A program made the translations under genes and the position numbers. This document shows, in pieces, positions 54,444 to 64,000 of a DNA stretch of 64,000 nucleotides (positions within the stretch are counted from its first letter, which is position 1; the number at the start of each line of letters is the position of its first letter). The stretch is from Chrysomallon squamiferum (Eukaryota; Animalia; Mollusca): the NCBI GenBank assembly GCA_012295275.1, contig CM022671.1, positions 17,918,001 to 17,982,000 on the forward strand, read 5' to 3'. Below the pieces are notes generated by a model. That model was not told the origin of the DNA, made no database searches, and was given only the letters and a program-made list of their open reading frames with translations.

Positions 54444-56367
54444 TATATATATTTATTATTATTATCATTCATTCATTCATTGATTCATTTGAATACCATT
54501 CTTATTTTTTATAATGATGTTTTCTAAATACTTGGTATCAAAATGAATTTGAATGTGTGCATGTGTGTGTGTGTGGTGCATGTGCATGTGTCTCTGATGG
54601 TTAGAAAGCTTCTTAATATTGAATTCAGTAAAACATGCAACATGCATATTAATATTTCATTTGACAAGTAAAACAAATTCTAAAAATAAAAATTTCCAAC
54701 CAACCCAATATACCACTGTGTATATTAAATATTTACATTATCTTAGATATATACACTGAATTCTATATAAAGAAAGAGATCAATCTTACTATTTTACTTT
54801 GCAGAAAATGTTCACAAAATCAGGATTTTAATGGTACCAAGTAAAGTTCTTGTCTGAAAATTATAATGCCTTTTGTGTGTTTTAAATATTCACATGACCT
54901 TAAAATATAAAACATAAAAAGCCAAACTTCTCCCACACTTCATCAATCAGAATTTTGAAATTATCACACTTCACTAGAACTTTATCACAAAGCACTGATT
55001 AAAAAAACAAATAAAGCTATAGAGAAAGAACCATTTAATATCTTCAGGTTTTTTTTATCTTGACACACTGGCTGGCAGTTACAATCATTAGTTACCTTCC
55101 TACACCTAGATCAAACAACACTGTACTGGGTAACACCATAAACAGAGTTATATGCTGGAAAGTACAATATACACTGATTGTGTTTTGCACTTAGCTTGAT
55201 TGAATGCAGCACTGATGAATTATGGGCGGCCAGTAAATCTTATGAGAAAATATAAAGATAATACGTGAATGATCATTGTATGCTATAAGCAAATATGTAG
55301 CATGTTGTGTTCATAATGAGATTGGCATTTTCAGAGATATATAAATTACATGGACTGTTTCATGATAAATTACAATGTGTCAGTTTAGAATATTATACAT
55401 GAACTGGAAAATTTATGATTTACACACATACACACACACAAATATTCAGACAGACCGACATACACACACACATACAAGAACATACTTGGCCTTGTATAGA
55501 CATATATACAAAACATTTGTACCAACATCCTCATCTTTATATATTACACATGCACACAAAACATATATGAACAGAAAGACATACAGATTTATACAAAGAA
55601 ACATACATTTTAGTCAAAATTTCGTAACTACAAAATTTCAAATACATATTTTTAAAATGCTTGCATAGAAAGAAAATCATAGTACTTTAATAATTTTAAA
55701 TTTAACATAGGTTCTTCTTTTTGCTTCATTTTAAAAAAAAAAAATGATAAAGTGGCAATGGGAAAAAAAGGATAGGAACAGAAATAAAAGCAAATAATCT
55801 TCAAAATGTCTCTGCAAATGGAAGCAATATTAACAACAAAAGCTGGACACACATTTGCTCAGCATATTTCATTAAGCGTGAGAAAGATATAATCAGAAAA
55901 AGTGACGAAGAGCTGTACATCAGTATTGACTACCTGTCAAAGAAGAGTAATTTCTTCTCACAAACACAGCAAGACCATGTAACAGTTTTAAACCGAAAAT
56001 TGCAACAGCAATTAGTTCATTTACTTATACAGAAATTCCACAAAAAAATCCTTGCAACCAGTTGAACGCATTTAGTAAATTTACTGATGCATTCAAAATG
56101 AAAACTGCAACAAGTAATTAGTATATAAAATGCATCAACTATAACTCAGAAACTGAAAATTACCATACACAGATTTCGTTCAAAAATTCTTGCCAGCAGT
56201 TGAACTAATGTAGTAACAGAGATAAATGTCTTCAACACTACAACTGAATATTCATCTGCTATAACTCACAAACTGAAAATTGCAACAGCAGTAAATACAA
56301 AAAAATGTGTAAAAACAATTCTTGCCAATACTCCAAGACTGGTTTTTCAAATGCAATTGTATGTATC

Positions 56368-56905
56368 TTACTGTCCATGGGATTGTGCATATTTAAAATA
56401 TTTTGCTACTGATCAAAAAACACAAACACATCATGACAGCTTTGTCAGTATTTGTATGGTTCTGAACATTGGCATAAGATGGTGTAACTGTAATTTAAAA
56501 TGCCAAGAGTGTGATATTAAATAAAACAGATATTACTTGTTAATCTCTGTTTAACTGTTTTAAATAGTCTTCCTGTGTCTTAGCCTAACAAGGTGTTTAC
56601 AGCAAATTAGCACCTAGTGATGTCTTCTTGTTATCTATTTTAGTTTTTTACTGTCCAAGGGATTGTTGTATGTCAAAAATATTTTGCTATAGATCAAGAA
56701 AGAGTAGACTAAGTAAGTCTCCAATGTCATTATATATATGCTTCTGAACACTGGTGTTGTATGATGCATCTGTAATTCAAAATGCCAAGACTGTGTCATT
56801 AAAACTGTTCTTATTTGTTAATCTCTGTTTAAACTGTTTTAAACTGTTATTTCTACAACTTAGCCTAGCAAGGTGTTTACAGTAAATTAGCACCAAAAGA
56901 TGTCT
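56368..56905. repeat. About 280-bp tandem duplication
   Basis: ttactgtcca(t/a)gggattgt…aaatgccaaga…ttgttaatctctgttt…cttagccta(a/g)caaggtgtttacag(c/t)aaattagcacc occurs twice (starts about 56368 and about 56648). Confidence 0.92.
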
Positions 56906-58147
56906 CTCTGGATTATTCCCCCATGGCCTATTACAAGTCAAGACATGGCAGTGTAACAGATTGGTGAAAAAAAGAACAATGGCAGCCCATCAAACAATGG
57001 TGAAGGTTAATTATGGGGAAGAAGTTAAAAGTCGAACTGTGTTCCCAGAAGTCCATCAGGCCAAGATGGTGACTAGTTTGAAAGAGAGAGTGAAGAAATG
57101 GTCGATAGTATCATTGTAGAATATATCAGATGTCATCTCTTAAGATTTATTTTGATTAAGTATGCTTATCAGCTGAAAGGAAAAGGAAGTGCATTTGTAT
57201 GTATTACTGTCAATGTTTGCAGGTATGCTTGTATTTGTGGAATCGAGTGTGTATGTTTGTGTTTTGTGTGTCTGTATGGTATGTATGTGGTATCTTTTAT
57301 GACTGTATTGTTTATCGTGAGTTTAAACATATGCAGATACATACACATCCAGAGGAGACAAAAAGAGGTCTATTTTTGACATCAGTTCTATATTTTACCT
57401 CATTTAAATAAATATTGTAAAATCTAAAACATTTATTTTGAAACAACTACAAAATACCAGTTGCTGAAATACTACTGATCACAGTTTTGAGTTACTCTCA
57501 CCACATTATACAATCTACTACAATGAAACAGATGTGCTAGTATTTCATTTGCATATGTAAAATATTTACTTCTATTTTAGTAGTACTTTTCACTATATTA
57601 TACAATGCATTACAAGCTGTGTGTGTGTGGTGTGTGAATGTGGGTGTGTGTGTGTGTACAGAGGGGTTTCATTTTATAGACATCTAAAATATTTTTACTT
57701 TTAGTTCCAATACATAATACCGCATACTATAGTAATTTGAGAATATTTAACCTGATATGCATATAAAATATTAGTAATAATTTCACAACAATATATGACC
57801 TATTACAACAATACAGCTTGTATATAAGTACACTATGTTGGTCAATATGTTGAATAAAGCAGAAGACTGAACTAGTTACTATGTGTTACATACAGTCAGC
57901 CCTATTACCTACACATGTTACATCCCAGCCGGACATATGAGATGTAAATCATGATGTTTGATACCAGATGGTATACAATATATATTTAATATAGGGTAGA
58001 GAATTTTCATACACGAATTAAATAACTAAGAAAGCAAACAGTCCAATAAAATAAAAAAAATTTAAAATATATTTTTTAGTGATGTTAAAACAGTTCAAGA
58101 ATATTTTCTAAAGACAAAAGGTCAGGCAGATAAAATGAAATCACTTT

Positions 58148-58312
58148 AGATGATGAGGCAAGGAGGTCAAATGATGAAGCAAAGAGGTCAAATGATGAAG
58201 CAAGGAGGTCAAATGATGAAGCAAGGAGGTCAGATGATGAGGCAAGGATTACAAATGATGAAGCACTGAGGTCACATCATTAAGCCAGGTCACATCATTA
58301 TGCCAGGTCAAT
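58148..58312. repeat. 21-bp minisatellite (about 6 copies) grading into an 18-bp repeat, rich in AGGTCA
   Basis: (GATGAAGCAAGGAGGTCAAAT)n followed by (AGGTCACATCATTA(A/T)GCC)n. Confidence 0.92.
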
Positions 58313-59939
58313 TCAAAAACAATTTAATAAACCAGATAAAGAGGCCAAACAACAAAGAACTCCAAGTCAGAAGGCTAAGCCAAACAAGTCCAAGTCAGGC
58401 TGAAACCTAAGCTGACCCAAACCAGTTCAAGTCATAAAACCAGATAAAATGAGTAAAAAAAAAACAGAACCAAAAAACAAGAAAATAAAACTAAGAAAAA
58501 AAAGAAGAGTAAAACAGTAAAGAAGACTAAAATCTAGTCATCATCTGACAAATCCCACTGGTGACAGAACAAAGCCAAACAAATCAGACAGTAAATAGAG
58601 AGATAAGAGCATAAGCCTGTTATTTGATTGGACGACGTAACGAAATCGGTGTCCCTTTTAAAACTTTCCTGCCTCGAGCCAGTAGTTTCTCAGAGAATTT
58701 GATTTACATGTAAATGAAGATGAACTGGAACCATGGACAGGGTTTTAAAGCTAAGCTGGCAGCTATTGCTGAGCTAAGCTTCCTGGCTCGATTGTACCTA
58801 TTACCGAGTTGTTCTGACTTCATTAAATAATCCAAAGAGATTATCTTCATCAAAATGACAAATGAGAGAGCAAAAGAAAGGGTTAAAAAAAAATAAGAAA
58901 GACAAATCGTAATAAAAGTCAGCTTGATGACACAATAATCCAGGCTATCATGAGTGGTATAATATCTCTCTAGATGAAGGAGAAGATTCAACTGCAACTG
59001 CTGAATAACTGATATTAGAAATATTTTACTGAAGACAAAATTTTTTAATCTTAAGTTTAAAATAAAATATAAACTTAAATAAATATTATTTTATTAATTT
59101 ATAACAGAGAAGGAAAGAAAATATATGATAATTTAAAAAAATATATTAAAAAAATAAAAAATATATTCAGTTTATAACAGAAAGAAAGAAACAAAGAATG
59201 GAAAGAAGGAATGCATGAACAAATGAAGGTTAACTATAATAATAGAAAAACCAATTTTTCAATTTATTATACTGAAACGAAGAATGTTATCTATAAATTC
59301 AAACAGTGATTAAAAAAAAAAAAAAGCTATTAAAGGCTATTAAAATGAAAACTTCAGGGTAAACAAAAACAATGACTGAACTGAATATATTGACCCAATA
59401 ATAATACAAAAAAGTCGTCCAGTAAAAATTATTCATTAACAATTTCATCCACTTTACTCTCATTCATAATTAAATAGACCAGGTTTTCTACTTCTCCCCT
59501 ATCCCTAATCCATTTAGAATGCACATTTATTCTACAGGGTCAAAAAAGGTCAGTGTACCAATGCATAATTAGGGAAATTATTCTGTGAATGAGTGAAGCT
59601 AAGACCAGTTAAAATGTGGTGGAGGTGTTATGGGCAACATAGTTCCAAGTGTCTAGATGAGATTACTCTGTGATAAAGTCTGTTATGAGCAAAATGCAGA
59701 ATGGAACAGTTACTGAGTTACTGACTGTTGTGCTTATGACCAGTCTGAGAAGAAAAAATTTGTTCTGGATGGTTTGTTTTTCTATGTGCATCCACCAAAA
59801 GTCACAATTTTTAAAGTTTGAACTGAAGCTTAACAATGGCATAGGTTCAATCCACCTCTACCATTGTTCATTCTGGCCACTACCAAAGGCTTCTTTTTTG
59901 AAAGGCCATTGTATAAGAGTCTCTGAAATGATGCAAATT

Positions 59940-60070
59940 AAACATCATTTGCCACTAAACAGTATCATTTACTGACAATCAATATCATTTACTACTAATC
60001 AATATAATTTATTGACTATCAGTGTCATTTGCTGATAATCAATATCATTTACTGACTAATTTATTGCTAA
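59940..60070. repeat. About 20-bp minisatellite, about 6 copies
   Basis: Recurrent atcaatatcatttactgac. Confidence 0.85.
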
Positions 60071-61579
60071 TAGGTAAGAGTTGTATATCAACCGAAACCA
60101 AAAGGTTTCTTTACTGTCACATTCATGCCAATTATTTTTTAAAGCTTTCAACAACTAATTTTCAAATGTACTAAGATGTCATAAAAATAAATGTTTACAT
60201 ATTAAGCCCTTTCTTTTTAATTTCATTTTCATGCATTATATAAATCTCAAGAGTAACTGATTTAAAAATCATTAGCTTATAATACTTGTCTAGGGTATTT
60301 TGCACTTCTCATGATACAAGATCCTAACTAATTAAAGAAAGTTCTTTTTTAAATTATCCTTAAAACAGACTGACAGATCAAATATTTTTTTGTTTTTACC
60401 AAATCGGTAACATCTGAGACCTGTAACTGTTGGCATAGAAAATATCATTCAAACAAGAAAACAGAAGTCTCATTAAAAAAGTATTCCCCATAAAAAACCC
60501 TCCAATCTAATTTAATCACCCTAACCCCCTTCCCCCCCAAAAAAATCCTTCATTCAAAAGTGTGAGACTTTTATCTATGACAATATTTGCAGATGAGATA
60601 TTTGTTTTCAACAAACTTTCTTTGAAACGTTACTCAGTGGCGATTGTTAATAAGGGAATGATTGAAGTGGTGAAATTGGCCGGACTGTTTTGAATGCGTG
60701 TACAGCAGAATTCTCATTACGACACTAACAAGGCACATCAGCCAAGTGTAGGACAAATATTTACCAGTGAATGGTGCAGTCTGTGCCTGACAATGAAGCT
60801 CTGATTCAGTTACACACACTTTCCCCGAGGAATAAGGGAAAAGTCACCAATACCAGCTAATAATCTGGACCAGGCGTAATCAGTTCTACTATGTTTTTTT
60901 TGTTGTTTTTTTGTAATGGATGTCATTTTTTTTATAATTTAATTATGAAAATTAGTTTTTAGTTTTGTTTTTGTTATTGTTGTTTTTTTTTTTATTATAT
61001 TAGAAGGTTTAGGGTGAGGTTGGTGGATTCTTTAATAGTTACAAAACTCAAATGTAACCAGTTTGGTGAAAAGTACATGTATATATCTGTTTGTGTGTGT
61101 GTTTGTTAAATGGATGTAGTTCAAAATTGATCAACTTCTTTTCAACTTATGCCAGTCTATGCTGAGCTATAAAATTTATAAAAATTTCTGTTCTGTATTA
61201 ACTTGGTGATGTGCAGACAAACTTTTCAAATTCCAATAAGCTTTTCAAAACTTGCAGCAAGTTGTAAAATTGATCAAATTATTTGATCTGCATTTGTTAA
61301 ACTGGCCTTTATTTATTTATTTTTCATTCTTATTTATTTCTTTTTTTTTTTTTTATACCATTTCAATCATTATCAAACTACTGTTAAGCTGACCAAGCAT
61401 TTTCTCTTTCCTGCTTACCACAAAACTTCAAACACAAAATCTTATCTTAACTTTGATGTAATTAACTTTTACTTTGATATTTGTCTCTCATCCATCACTT
61501 AAGAAGTCAGCAACATCAAACAGTAATTAAGGTTTATGTTTTATGCACATATATTAAGATGGAGACATGGGTGAAAACA

Positions 61580-62120
61580 GACAGGTGTCAAAAGAATTCT
61601 GTCAGAAGAACAGCAAAAAAAAAAAAGAGATTGATACAAAAAGAGTAAGTATCACATGGGATTTGATCTGCTGCATGTAAACGAGCCTCAATTACCAAAG
61701 TATCGAGATCACACATCTCCCGTGATCCATAATGCTCAAAAGTGACATCGAGAGATGAAATCAAACCCATGGCACACATTTAATGAAGTGAAAATGAGTT
61801 ATCTGCCCAGATCAATATGTCCATTTCTCTCCAACTTCGACCACATGATGTGATCGCCGGAGAACGTTAACAGTGTTTGCAGCATTCTTTGGAGAAATCA
61901 AGCAGAATTATCCACATATCCACAGCACGATATAAAGGCTAATTTCAACACGAGCGACTGGAAAAACCGAACGTCCGAGTGTGTTTCCAAACTTCTCTGT
62001 GTATCTGCTGCTGCTAATATCCCTTTCAGTCTGGGGCCTACTGTGAAACTAGCTACGAAAAGCCAATACTGTGGAACAGATCAACTCTTATTGCCACAGT
62101 GTCTGCTGTTATAATTGTTC
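61580..62120. promoter_or_regulatory. CpG-rich putative regulatory island
   Basis: About 16 CpG by manual count in non-repetitive sequence, with no credible ORF. Confidence 0.4.
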
Positions 62121-62244
62121 ATTAAACTTTTATTGGTCAATAGAAAATCCTTTCATCCCTACTGTTATACATACATGCAATTGACACGTTCTGGTTCAGG
62201 TGAAATGAGAGTCAGAATTCATAATGGGAAAGACTCATGATGGT

Positions 62245-62287
<43 letters not shown>

Positions 62288-62396
62288 TTTGTTTCTTACT
62301 TACTTACTTACTTACTTATCAGTTTATTTATTTATTTAAATTATTTATTTATTTATTTTACTTTATTGTATTACAGCTGAATTTAATATCACTGTC

Positions 62397-62456
<60 letters not shown>

Positions 62457-62987
62457 TGATTTTATGAATTTTAGCATGAAGCTAGATATGCAAAATGTGA
62501 AAGCTCACACAAACTGATGGTATCAGTAGAAACCAATAATTCTCCATGTATATTCATTGTTATTTTATTTTGTTTTTTTGTGTGTTTTTTTTTTTTCATT
62601 CAGGCCTTTAGATTCAATACATCTGGTATCAGTGAAACAATCAGATACAAACATCTGTGACATAGAAACATAGTAAAGTTATTTTTAACAATCAATGATG
62701 AAACAATGATGAAAGAGAAAAAAAAAAAAATAAATACAAAATAAGAATATAAAAAAATATATATATATATAAAAAAAAAATAATAATAATAATAATAAAG
62801 TGGTAATAATAATAAACATGACTGGAATAACTACTGTTTAATAGATGTTGCAAAAGAAACTTTCAGGTGAGAGTTTCATTTTTCATCATGTTTTTAAACA
62901 CTGGAACTAAGCCAATCACAACAAAATCAAGTTAAACTGAAAAAAAAAGAAAAAAAAAAGAAAAAGAAAGTTCCTAATGTTTAATAG

Positions 62988-63300
62988 CTATTTGAAAACA
63001 AACTCTAGGGTATAAGTCATGTTATTCATCATGTGAATATAAACACTGAATCACAGACCCAATCACTACAAAATAATGTAAAACTGGGGGAAAAAAAATT
63101 AAAAAAAGATTAAAAAAGAACTGACTCAGGCAACAAAGCTCAACATTTATTTGAAAACAAATTCTTCAGGGGAAAGTCACATTATTCTTTGGTCTTCGCT
63201 GGTCCACAAAACCTAATGTGTGATAGATGTCTAAAAACAAACTCTTGAGTTAAAGTGGTATTATTCATCCTGACTTGTATAAACACTGTGAATCACTGAC
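62988..63300. repeat. Degenerate local duplication (2-3 copies)
   Basis: aaaacaaa(c/t)tct…aagt…ttattcatc…tataaacactg…aatcac repeated. Confidence 0.7.
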
Positions 63301-63429
63301 AAGATTATAATGTCATGTAAGACTGTGCTGATCCACCCATTAGATTACAAAACAATGTTTTATTACACAGGGCGTTATGTAACCTTCAATAAATGATACA
63401 CCCATTATGTCGTATCTGAGTAGCCTATG

Positions 63430-63483
<54 letters not shown>

Positions 63484-63519
63484 ATATATACAGGACTATA
63501 TATATATTTTGAGGGACAG

Positions 63520-63830
63520 ATTAGATAGGTTGCAGGATTGTTCCTCCTTGGAGCATTTATAAAGCTATCAACAACTCTAGCCAGTGCTAAGTTGTTATAT
63601 TTAGCTTATAAAAGATTGTGACAGATGCCTTGCTGCTTAGGTTAAGATAGATGTAAAAGATCTCTTGCTGTTGATACATTAAATCAAAAAGAATGACTAA
63701 TGCTGTGCTGAGCTATTAATTTACTATGGGGAGTTGCATATGTAAAAGAGAGTTAGAGAGAAAAGCTAATTAAAAAAGAATAACTTATGCAGTACTAGCA
63801 GCAGATTTCCTATCTCAAATCACCATTTTC
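63520..63830 (+). mobile_element. Decayed, interrupted SINE-like copy
   Basis: Contains tctagccagtgct, gtaaaagatctcttgctgtt and agcagcagatttcctatctca in the same order as in the other copies. Confidence 0.4.
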
Positions 63831-64000
63831 AAGAAATATATACAACTGATATCTAATTGTAATTAATCATTAAAATTAAAATATGCTGACATATTATTAA
63901 TAATATTCAGATCAGGTTATGAAACAGAATACTAAAATCTAGATGCAAATTATAATGCATTATATTAGAGTATTCTGCTTAGCACTGGATCTAATGTAAG

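Noticed and set aside
61588-61779. 63-aa minus-strand ORF in the CpG island
   Set aside because: No signal-anchor typical of RXYLT1 exon 1, no donor site, and it runs into a poly-T tract.

Overview
AT-rich (roughly 70% A+T by eye), CpG-depleted, microsatellite-dense animal genomic DNA. It is probably molluscan/gastropod, judged from recalled SINE-like motifs, so the taxon is an inference. No prokaryotic genes, CRISPR array, rRNA or intact tRNA were found. The only host coding sequence I can support is two spliced minus-strand exons of an RXYLT1/TMEM5 (ribitol-5-phosphate xylosyltransferase) orthologue. These are 44148-44336 (…VEWNPWGEE…VEIWGKAAI-G) and 2859-2958 (G-LYLWEHIFNS…), joined in frame across a 41,189-bp GT-AG intron; the supplied ORF track misses both. 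The first exon and the downstream exons were not found, so the whole window is probably inside this one gene. The introns hold an internally deleted Tigger/pogo transposon with TIRs, several decayed copies of a SINE-like family, at least 15 unrelated local tandem arrays, and a perfect 29-bp inverted repeat. They also hold about a dozen non-repetitive, CpG-retaining, motif-dense islands that look like enhancers or promoters. The main hypothesis is that RXYLT1 is a bystander gene whose giant introns carry a regulatory landscape. Almost all supplied ORFs are low-complexity artefacts.
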